A stretch of 20,000 bases of DNA from Wickerhamiella versatilis (lineage: Eukaryota). The position numbers and the translations under genes are program-made. The notes beneath the pieces were generated by a model that worked only from the letters and a program-made list of their open reading frames with translations, was not told the DNA's origin and did not search any database. Every line of letters begins with the position of its first letter. The stretch's first letter is position 1. Shown here in pieces: positions 9,356 through 18,251 of the stretch. The stretch spans positions 4,575,438-4,595,437 of the forward strand of contig JAQOWU010000008.1 of NCBI GenBank assembly GCA_030867685.1, read 5' to 3'.

Positions 9356-11023
9356 ATGGAAGATATCAAGGAAGAAAAGAAGATTCCAGGTACATACCTT
9401 TTGTTTAAAAAATGTGATGATAAGGACGATGGCAGCGAACTCGAGCGTGATGGTGATATTATTCTATATCCCCAGCCATCAGCTTCACCAAATGACCCTC
9501 TAAGAATGCCGCGCTGGAAGAAGTATATTCAGCTTTCAATTATATTGTGGTATAAGGGGTTCATTGGAGCAATGTCAAATGTTCTCAGCGTCCAGAGCAA
9601 TGGATTTCTTGTTGAACACCCAACTTGGAATTACAACGACGTGAATATAGCAACAGCCATTACCTTTGTGGGTATCGGATGGGCTGGAGCTGCTCTAAAT
9701 GGGCCTATTCCCCATATTTGGGGGGTTAGACTGGAATACCTCTTGTGTACTTGCTACGGAATAGTGGGTTCGGCTTGGATGGCCAACATTAATTCTCGGG
9801 GCGATATAATAGGGTCACAGCTTTTTATTGGAATGTCTACAAGCGCGGCTGAGGGCCTTAGTCAATTGTCGATTTCCCAGATATTTTATCAGCATGAACT
9901 AGCGGACTTCATTGCATTTTATATTGTCAGTTTGGCGGCAGGTACCTATCTTGGACCTCTCGTCGGAGGGTACATAGTACAGTACCCTGGCTGGAAATGG
10001 ATAGGCTGGCACGGATTGATTTTTTCTTGTGTGACGCTTTTGCTTATATTCTTTTTGCTTGAAGAAACATCTTTCGACCGGGTCGTGTACAACCAGCAGC
10101 ATCGCAAACTGAGTGCATCTGAAGAAGAATGTATCAATGATTCAGAAGAGAATACATCCGAGAAACAAGAAGGAACTACCAAGGTGGAACCAAGGAAAGC
10201 ATCATTTTATGATATGGAGTTGAGAAAATCCTACTGGAAGCGAATCGCTATATTAACCCCAGCGGCAACAATAAAGGGATACGGGTTCAGACAGTATTTT
10301 GAACGACTGGTTTTGCAATGTAGAGTCTTTCTGTTTCCCGCGACCTGGTTTGCCGGTCTTCACTGGGGTTGGGGAATAGGGTGGCTAAGTTTCTATTTGA
10401 CCACTGAGGAAGAAGTGTGGATTCTTCCACCATGGAATTATGGCAGTACTGCCTTAGGAATAATGATGGTTCCAGTATTCATTGGTGCAGTTTTAGGGTG
10501 CCTATATTCGCTTTATGCCACAGACTGGTTTGTAAAGTATGTTGCCAAGCGTAACCACGGTATTTTGGAGTCGGAATCACGGCTTTGGTGTATGATGCCA
10601 TCGATTATATTTGGACCTCTAGGATTACTTTTATTTGGAGCAGGAACAGAGTACCGATGGTCCTGGCCAGTACCTTACGTGGGTCTCGCGTTTATTGGAG
10701 CAAACTTTGGGATCACAAGTGATATATCAATGACTTATCTTGTCGACTGCTACCCAGCTATGTCACTTGAGTCTGTTAATGGGATTTCAATGATATATAC
10801 TGTGATTGCATTGATTTTGTGCTTCGTAGTTGAACCATGGTTTAATATTGGCCAGATGAATACCTACATATCGTGCGCAGTTGTCCAATTCTTTTTATGT
10901 TGTCTTATAGTTCCAATGATATACACAGGTAATTTTTGGAGACGTAAGACAATGGGCTTATATTATCGCTTCATAGAACTTAGAGATACGATGCATGGTA
11001 AATGCACAAAGATTACTGAATAA
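9356..11023 (+). CDS. HOL1: MFS transporter of the HOL1 family (histidinol/polyamine/amine importer-like)
   Basis: 555 aa with about 12 TM segments. Hol1-like motifs GDIILYPQPSASPNDPL..PRWKK, SQLFIGMS..AAEG..QLSISQIFYQH, GTYLGPLVGGYI, EETSFDR and ESESRLW. This is a homolog call; orthology is not established. Confidence 0.88.
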   Translation: MEDIKEEKKIPGTYLLFKKCDDKDDGSELERDGDIILYPQPSASPNDPLRMPRWKKYIQLSIILWYKGFIGAMSNVLSVQSNGFLVEHPTWNYNDVNIATAITFVGIGWAGAALNGPIPHIWGVRLEYLLCTCYGIVGSAWMANINSRGDIIGSQLFIGMSTSAAEGLSQLSISQIFYQHELADFIAFYIVSLAAGTYLGPLVGGYIVQYPGWKWIGWHGLIFSCVTLLLIFFLLEETSFDRVVYNQQHRKLSASEEECINDSEENTSEKQEGTTKVEPRKASFYDMELRKSYWKRIAILTPAATIKGYGFRQYFERLVLQCRVFLFPATWFAGLHWGWGIGWLSFYLTTEEEVWILPPWNYGSTALGIMMVPVFIGAVLGCLYSLYATDWFVKYVAKRNHGILESESRLWCMMPSIIFGPLGLLLFGAGTEYRWSWPVPYVGLAFIGANFGITSDISMTYLVDCYPAMSLESVNGISMIYTVIALILCFVVEPWFNIGQMNTYISCAVVQFFLCCLIVPMIYTGNFWRRKTMGLYYRFIELRDTMHGKCTKITE

Positions 11024-11333
11024 TTACATAGATACTGTTTAAATATGCTAACGCGGAATAATGGCTTCAATCAACTAACTAGGATTATTACTATTGTATG
11101 ATACAAAGTGTCTCATTTATGGTTGAATTTCTGTGACAATTGATTGTCTGTCATGCAAAATCTGAGGCAACTCTCCAGCTTGTGCCAGTTGGTAGATCTT
11201 GAGCAGATGTTCAAGTTCTTGCTATAATAAATAGAAACATCAAACGTATGCATTTATTGGATTTTTGTTTTGCTTTTAGAGAAGTTACTAGATAAAAAAA
11301 TCCTAGTGTCTTTCATATATGATTTTCATTTCC

Positions 11334-12989
11334 TCATATAAGCTCAAACTCCTCACTAGGGGCGGAATACACACACTTTCCCGCAAGCCAAGTTTGTTGA
11401 ACCTGCCAGTTTTGAAAGTTTTGAGACTTAATATCTACTATTTTCTCAGGGAATATCACAAAATCTGCCGATTTTTTTACTGTAATACTTCCAAGCTCTG
11501 AGCCCCAGCCGCAAATATCAGCCGGAGCTTGGGTATAGGCATAAATTGCCTCATCAAAGCTCAGTGCATTCTCGATATACCATGCCTCCCCTTGCTTCTC
11601 CCTTAAAACCGCAGAGCTCAACTGAGATACTGGGTTCTCATAAGCTGTTGGCCAATCACTACCCAGTACAACTTTTGCACCACTTGAGAGCAATGTTTGC
11701 CATGCGTAACTGAGAGGAAGTCTTTGCTGTCCAAGACGCTGGGATTGGTAGCACCCTGCAGTGGCATGATTAGGTTGCACCGAAGCAACAATATTTCCTT
11801 CGCTGAAACGAGTAATCTGGTCCCGTTTAATCACTTCAATGTGTTCTATCCTGTTTGGAAGTGGGCTCATGGTTTTTGAGGAGCTATTTTCGAAAGCATT
11901 CAGTGCCATTCTCACACCCCTGTCACCAATAGCATGAATAGATACAGGGAATCCAGAATAGTTTGCTGCGGCGACAAGGTGCTCAAGTTCTTCCTGTCCT
12001 GTAATGGGCTCGCCTCTGAAGTGATCCACACATCTATCACTATATTCTTCGTCAAGCGCTGCGGTATAGTTTGAAAGTGTACCATCAACAACTAGCTTGA
12101 TGTATCCAAACTCAAATTTGTGATTGTTTTCTTTTGACACACCATCAAGATATTTTTTGTCACTCCCTCTTAGTTCTTGAAAATTTACTCTGTGACGCTG
12201 GTCGGGTGAAATTAGCATTAGACCAAACCATATGCGCATGTAAATAGGTTCCTTTTCACGAATTAGTTCATTATACAGATCGAAGTTGGGATTCATATCG
12301 TGCACGCCAGTCACACCGATACTGTTAAAATGAGTAATGATGTCTCTTATTTCACTTGTGGTCATTTTATATGCCTTTTTGAAGACTTCGTTATCTTCTA
12401 CGAGACTTATAGCTGTTTCCTTCAACTCACCTGTTAAACACCCTTTAGAGTCGTGAACCACCTCACCTCCTTCTGGCGCCTCTGTTTCGTCATTTATATC
12501 GAGAAGATTTAGTGCCGCAGTATTCAGCCATAACGAATGAAAGTCTATATCGCGTAATGCCATAGGCACATTGACTGTAGCAGCATCGACATCTTCACGA
12601 GAAGGAAGAACTTGTTCCTCCTTGTCATCTAAAATAGACAGATCCCACCTTCCACCGAATAGCCATTCCCCCTCCTTTTTAGTTTTTGCAACATTCCTGA
12701 TGAGTCCCAGCCATTCAGATTTCTTTGTAGAACCAAATAGATCAACGCCTTTGGCTAATTCTATTCCACCGATGAGATGGGTATGTGAGTCAATTATTCC
12801 TGGAAGGATTGATGCCCCCTGAACGTCCAAAACTTGGGTGTGGCTCGTGCCCTTGAGAGATTCTATATAAGCATTGGTGCCAACAGCCAGGAAACGCCCG
12901 TCCTTTACAGCGAAGGCTTCTGCTCGAGGTTTTGAAGGATCACTAGTTCGTACATCCCCGTTAATCACCACGAGATCTGGAACAAACAT
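11334..12989 (-). CDS. Metal-dependent amidohydrolase, YtcJ-like / Amidohydro_3 family (related to N-substituted formamide deformylase)
   Basis: 551 aa, intronless. N-terminus NGDVRT.DPSKPRAEAFAVKDGRF, then PGIIDSHTH (HxH), HSLWLNTAAL, TGELKE, KLVVDG, IHAIGD, RIEHIE, GSDWP, YT...A and GSITVKKSADFVI. Metal-ligand motifs appear intact. Confidence 0.93.
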   Translation of the reverse strand: MFVPDLVVINGDVRTSDPSKPRAEAFAVKDGRFLAVGTNAYIESLKGTSHTQVLDVQGASILPGIIDSHTHLIGGIELAKGVDLFGSTKKSEWLGLIRNVAKTKKEGEWLFGGRWDLSILDDKEEQVLPSREDVDAATVNVPMALRDIDFHSLWLNTAALNLLDINDETEAPEGGEVVHDSKGCLTGELKETAISLVEDNEVFKKAYKMTTSEIRDIITHFNSIGVTGVHDMNPNFDLYNELIREKEPIYMRIWFGLMLISPDQRHRVNFQELRGSDKKYLDGVSKENNHKFEFGYIKLVVDGTLSNYTAALDEEYSDRCVDHFRGEPITGQEELEHLVAAANYSGFPVSIHAIGDRGVRMALNAFENSSSKTMSPLPNRIEHIEVIKRDQITRFSEGNIVASVQPNHATAGCYQSQRLGQQRLPLSYAWQTLLSSGAKVVLGSDWPTAYENPVSQLSSAVLREKQGEAWYIENALSFDEAIYAYTQAPADICGWGSELGSITVKKSADFVIFPEKIVDIKSQNFQNWQVQQTWLAGKCVYSAPSEEFELI

Positions 12990-13099
12990 TTACGTGCAAG
13001 CGCAAGTTCAAGTACAATTTTAAACGGACCAAAGACTTGACAGTTATGCTTACGAACTACACTTTATTTCTCCAAGGACACCGGATCTTAATTCCTAGG

Positions 13100-13106
13100 T
13101 GAGTCA
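13100..13106. promoter_or_regulatory. Gcn4/AP-1 consensus site TGAGTCA upstream of the amidohydrolase
   Basis: Perfect TGA(G/C)TCA heptamer about 110 nt upstream of the ATG at 12989. Confidence 0.45.
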
Positions 13107-13121
13107 GCATACTGGGTACAA

Positions 13122-13141
13122 GCGGCATACTTTTCCGAAAC
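13122..13141. promoter_or_regulatory. Putative Zn2Cys6 binding site CGG-N9-CCG (GCGGCataCTTTTCCGAAAC)
   Basis: Shares GCGGC and the 12-mer CTTTTCCGAAAC with the element at 9096-9116. Confidence 0.6.
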
Positions 13142-13739
13142 CAAAGCCGGATTATGTAAGATAATGTGCCTTGTATGGGAATGAGCTTGTCAGTCAGTGC
13201 ACAATGTAAATCACTTCTCTAGCGGCTGGGGTCATGCTATCTGAGACTAGTTGGACGGTGAAAGATAGTTTATCTGGTTCCCAGGAATTATGAGGGCAAG
13301 CAAGCCTCATTCAAGCATAGTATGATAGAGGAGGTCAAGACTGTTTTCTCAGTGAATACTATATACTCTGTAGCACCGCCCCAGCTCAGATACATATAGA
13401 TTATTAGTACATTGGTACTGGTAGTTATAGTCTACAGAAATACAGTATCGTATTGCATATGTTATCGACCTCGTGATAATCTTGACCGAGGCCCTTTCTC
13501 GGGCAAGGGTGGTTAGGCTATGTTTTGGGAACTACCATCGTCGCTTGGGTTGGCTGGTTTATCAAACCCGATTGATGTGAAGTATCCCTGGAGCTTAGTG
13601 AATAAGAATCATGGCTTGAGAACATTAATTTTTAGCGGCTGAAGGGATTTAATTACCTGAGACTAGTAATATTAGCATTTTGTAACTAGGTGTTGAAGAA
13701 ACAAAGTCCACGCAAGTTCTTCAACTATATTATATTTTT

Positions 13740-14587
13740 TTAAATGGAACACGCAAATATTTAAACGTTATTACATTCCACTGTGATAAAATCATCGTCT
13801 TCAAGCCCTGTCTTGTGCTTTATTTCTTTATAAGCTAAATCCAGAATATCTCTGCTCTGAGGATTTGTTTTTTCCAGTTATGATACGGTCCCGAATTCTG
13901 TAATGAACTTGTTAGGTCAATAAGCTCGGCATTTGTTCAAACAAGTTCAAACGTCTCCTGCGGACGTAGACAGTCATTATCATTTATAAACCGGAATTCT
14001 TGCGTAAACTGACTAGGTAGGAGCTTAAAAGAAGGATACAATCATGTATAATCTCCAATCCCTTATCCCAATATGGAGCTAACTCGCCATAAGCAAGGTT
14101 GTAAATAACTTTTCGTGCTTCTGTCAGTTCCGTTCCAGTTTCTTTCTGGAACACTGACGGTAAGTAACAGGACCAAATAGCTAGGACTCTATTGGGTTTC
14201 AAAATCTTGTGTGCTATATTAAGGAAGTTTGGGTGAGTCAAGTAGTGAAATGCCTTGGCCACTATCAGTAAATCAACGCTATGTGGTGTAAACATGCGAT
14301 TCAGTTTAGTGTTTTCTCCAACGAGGAATTCAATGCTCCTAGGTAAGTCTCTCTGGTCACATGCTTGTTTAATCATTACCTCAGATCTGCCAATACCGCA
14401 TACCTTGTCTGCCATCGGCGCAAGGACTCTGGTAGCCTGGCCTGTTTCACATGCCACATCAACCACCACACTTGGCTTGACGTCACCAATATAACTGGCT
14501 AAGTGTTCATAAAGCGAGTGTAGGTAATCTGGTCGAGATTCTTGGTATCCACTTGCATCATTAATTCGGGTCCGAGAATGATGACAT
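13740..14587 (-). pseudogene. Crg1/Tmt1-like SAM-dependent methyltransferase pseudogene
   Basis: The ATG at 14587 gives MSSFSDPN*; a 1-nt shift continues DASGYQESRPDY...VVDVACETGQAT...SVDLLIVAKAFHY...LKPNRVLAIWS...LAPYWDKG. Further shifts and stops lead to GPYHNWKK / NPQSRDILD...ITVECNNV*IFA. At least 3 frameshifts and 2 internal stops; motif I is degenerate. Confidence 0.85.
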
Positions 14588-14812
14588 CCTTCGTGGAATT
14601 CGACGACAAATTAGTACCAGATAATAGAGTCTAATGTTAAGATCAGATTGTGCGGAGGCCACGAATGTCTCGCAAAAAGTGGCTAAAATGCTGTAAAGGG
14701 GATATATTTATTACTTACATACACATACGCTGTGAGGATGCCGTACATATGAGCCTAGCAGAAGTGCCGATGTCTGTCAGCTGGCTAGGACAACCCTAGC
14801 ATCATAATTAGC

Positions 14813-15169
14813 TTATCTCACCTGGACACTAATTGACTTGTATTCCCAGGTTGAATTTTGGAAGCTTTGTCCGTAGATAAGTTTTAATTCACCGGTACCT
14901 GGAGTTTGGCCGATGAATGTATATATTGTGTGTCCACCGCTGCCTATTTGGCCAGCGTTGTTATCCTCCGGTTGATACCATTCATTGACCAGTATAAGAT
15001 TGCTGGGTAGCTGCTCGATCATCCACGAATACCCGGTGGTAGGGTTGGCTTCGAGCTCCAGATCATTTGTCTTACCTAGTGTGGCGTTAAACACCTCTGG
15101 TGTCGATATTCCCATGGAAGTTTGTAGTAGAAGAGTAAGAGTTATCACGGACGCAAATTTAGAAAGCAT
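14813..15169 (-). CDS. Secreted chagasin-family cysteine protease inhibitor (MEROPS I42)
   Basis: 118 aa with a signal peptide. Hallmark loops LEANPTTGYSW and GSGG, followed by F.....G.GELKLIY. Confidence 0.9.
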   Translation of the reverse strand: MLSKFASVITLTLLLQTSMGISTPEVFNATLGKTNDLELEANPTTGYSWMIEQLPSNLILVNEWYQPEDNNAGQIGSGGHTIYTFIGQTPGTGELKLIYGQSFQNSTWEYKSISVQVR

Positions 15170-15202
15170 GGATAGAATGAAACAGGTTACAATGCTTCAG
15201 GA

Positions 15203-15210
15203 TTTATATA
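15203..15210 (-). promoter_or_regulatory. TATA box of the chagasin gene
   Basis: TATATAAA on the minus strand, about 34 nt upstream of the ATG at 15169. Confidence 0.55.
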
Positions 15211-16476
15211 CGGGGTCAGACAAAAATAGCATAGCTAAAAAAGGTTGACTTTTGTTTGGCTTAGGGTTTTCCTCGTACAATGCTTGACACAGGCAGGTAA
15301 GTTCCTCTTAGGGAAATATTGTATATAGTCGGTATAGCTTGAATTGTAACGTCTGCATACATAAATATAGAGGAGAATATTTGCTTTCTTCTGGCGTATC
15401 CTGACCGATAATAAGATGCCCACTTTAGGCGGCCATACTGCCCAATATCTCTCTTACCCAGGTCGGACATTGCATAATAGCCCACTATTCTGATATTATG
15501 ATGATGAGATTTAGTAATGCTTAAGTAAGGAGGTGTGGGTCCATATCTCGGTATAACGGGAACAATTCGGAAACCAGACAATGCTAGCAATACAGTTTCA
15601 ATACATCCTAGACATAATTATGCTCATAAGCAAGACTAAAGCATTTGAACCCAAGTAGCCTCATCTTATTTGTCACTAGGAACTATCGAGTAAACTTTTC
15701 GTCATATTTTTCGAGACAATGCAAAATAGTCCACTCCTGGTTATCTTGAGTGTTTATTATTTTGTGAGCACTCTATAATGATGCGAACATTCCTGCCACG
15801 CTCTAAGTTAACCGCAGCTGTGGTACAAGCACACAAAATAGATCATCTGGGCAAACAATGCCTACGAATAACCTAAGTTACGTTCTTCTTGACGCAATCA
15901 TTTAGTGCTTGTTTAAACATTGTTTGCCACTGATAGGTGGAGCTGTGAGTTACACTTACTATCATACTAGCTCTGTATTCTCTGCAAGGAGGGTTAAGTG
16001 CTGTATTTAAACATCACCAAAAGCTTGTCATACCTTTAAATTCGCTAAAATTAACAGTCTCTTCTATAGGAACCTAGCTGATTCCGAGCACTAGTAGAGC
16101 TCTTTACTCAATAATATTTCGCACTCGACATGAGTTGGTACCACTAAGAACGATCATTCCACAAGTGCGAATCATTTAGCTCGTTAGCTTGAATATTAGA
16201 ATCACGGTAATATTTATTAGGATAAAAAAAGTAACTATATATCTGGAATGTTATTCATCAATCCACCCCCGATCTTAACATTTTGCTGTAGCTGAAACAC
16301 GGCCATGGAGTAGTAATAAGATTCAGGGTCCGACGATCCCTTCTATAATAAAAAATGAGCACAGTATAAGAGAATGAAGAAACTTGAACCGTACCAAGCT
16401 AAGTTTCAAGGACAAAGTTTACAAGCTCTACGACGTATATTTGGGTACGGTGACCAAGAGAAACAAGAATACCCGC

Positions 16477-16754
16477 GAATGCGAGGCAATTGGATTCATA
16501 CTACCATTACAATCCCTCAAGACCGTAATATTCCTCTTTCCGAACATTAAATTACATCGTATAGTCGTAAACGAAATGATCGGCACGCCCCACACGTTTT
16601 GTTGATTAGTGATGTGAATACGAGGCAGTTGCGTTCATACTACCATTAACATCACTCAAGACCGTAATATTCCTCTTTCCGAACATTAAATTACATCGTG
16701 TAGTCGTAAACGAAATGATGGGCACACCCCAGACGTTGTGTTGATTAGTGATGC
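16477..16754. repeat. Tandem direct repeat, 2 x 139 bp, about 91% identical
   Basis: 16477-16615 versus 16616-16754; 13 substitutions counted by eye, no indels. Confidence 0.92.
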
Positions 16755-17025
16755 GAGGGAATGTGGGCCGAATAGAACCTACTTTAAACTATTCAGAATT
16801 ATAGCAAACCCCTTTTTGAAAACCTATGTCTAGCAACATGAACTCTTTTTGACCAAAAGAACCAATAATCTTAGTCTTAGGGAGTTTTCATAACGGTAAT
16901 GCATATGGGTTAGGTTCCCTTCGCATGAATTATGCAATGTCGGATGGCCCTCGCGGATGGGAATGATATAAAGCGTCAACCATCTCCCATTATTCTTCAG
17001 AGCACTTTATACTATGATAGGCACC

Positions 17026-17727
17026 ATGAAAATAGCTGCCACACTTTCAACGATTCTTCAGCTTGTGTCTGCAGGGATCACAACAAGTTCTATCGAACCG
17101 ATTACTAGCCCGTCTCCGACTGCTGTGATTAGCGTGACAACGGCCGACCTGGGTAAGCCTTTTCACACCTTTCCAGGACAGGCTGCGAACCCAAAATGTC
17201 AGTGTAATCAGGAAAATGGCGTTGCTGAAATTGCTGATGGTCTCGAAAAGGTTTTAGATAACCTTAAAAGATCAGTGGAGGCTCCCTTCGAGATATTCAA
17301 CTTGCCTCTATTGATCAGTAATGTCCAAGGAATATTTGAAAATTTAAATGATCAAGGTAAAGATATCCGATGTTTTGATTTCAAAGCACAGTCTTATATC
17401 TTCGGCGCTCTTGATCAAGTACTCGATATTCTACACCAACTTTTGGAAGGCGTTAACTCTTCTGGTTTAGTTCAGCTCGCGAATCAAACTGTTCCTGGAT
17501 TACAAGTTATCAATGATGGGATTTCTGGCCTGGTTGTTAGCCTTAATGGTGGCCTGACTTTACAACCCTGCTGCATTTTTGAGGCCAAGTTCCAGGAAAG
17601 CAAGAAATCTTTGGATGAGTGGAATACTATTATCGACTCTTTCAACGCTTTTTCTGGTGAACATGTCCCACATGTCTCAAACTTTTCTATAAATGATAAC
17701 ATCATTCACAACTGTAGCAACAATTAG
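17026..17727 (+). CDS. Uncharacterised secreted protein (Ser/Thr/Pro-rich N-terminus, helical domain with 6 Cys)
   Basis: Signal peptide MKIAATLSTILQLVSAG, with the ATG at 17026 in ACC-ATG context (alternative ATG at 17014). TATAAA at 16967-16972. Cys pattern CxC, C, CC, C. Confidence 0.8.
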   Translation: MKIAATLSTILQLVSAGITTSSIEPITSPSPTAVISVTTADLGKPFHTFPGQAANPKCQCNQENGVAEIADGLEKVLDNLKRSVEAPFEIFNLPLLISNVQGIFENLNDQGKDIRCFDFKAQSYIFGALDQVLDILHQLLEGVNSSGLVQLANQTVPGLQVINDGISGLVVSLNGGLTLQPCCIFEAKFQESKKSLDEWNTIIDSFNAFSGEHVPHVSNFSINDNIIHNCSNN

Positions 17728-18251
17728 CTAGCATTCACTCGCTATTAGTCAAATATGCTGCGTTAAGAATATTTTTCAGATATGTGCTAACCTCTGTATA
17801 TGACATAAATTGGAACACACTCTTCTGACATGATGTGTGGAACCTTCGACCCCTGTATGCTACACCAGATAATATCAAATGTTCTCTGACAGCTCAGAAG
17901 TGCATCATTTTAGGACCAAGATTTTGTTATGTTTTTTAGGTAAATCCGATTTGGAATAATAAGAAACCCCCCCCAATTATTAGTTATTTGTATGCAGCTA
18001 CAGTTGGATTCCTTAGAATCCTTCCAATGCGGTTTTTATAGAAACTATAAAGCCCTTTAAGTTAAGACACAGCTTTCAATGATTATTAGAGCTTCATTAT
18101 ATGAAACCATTACGGGTCAAAAATTCCGTCAAACAATAGCCATTATATCTAAGATTAAGCAAGTCTAAGTAGTGGAGTTGAGGTCGCTATAATGCAAGAT
18201 AGCCCACTGATGATGTCTGAAGTTCGAAGTGTGAGCAATGAGTGTTTTTTG

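Noticed and set aside
199-12822. Short ORFs antisense to or nested in the long CDSs (e.g. 199-459, 662-874, 3818-4000, 5492-5764, 5948-6271, 9899-10182, 11697-11879, 12571-12822)
   Set aside because: Shadow frames of real genes, often with non-ATG starts and no motifs.
15235-16605. ORFs 15235-15423, 15261-15590 and 16384-16605
   Set aside because: Short, without recognisable features, and consistent with chance ORFs in promoter DNA. The last one overlaps a repeat whose period is not a multiple of 3.
16477-16754. CRISPR array or LTR pair
   Set aside because: Only two directly adjacent 139-bp units with no spacers, no internal region, no TG...CA ends and no cas or retroelement genes; the context is eukaryotic.
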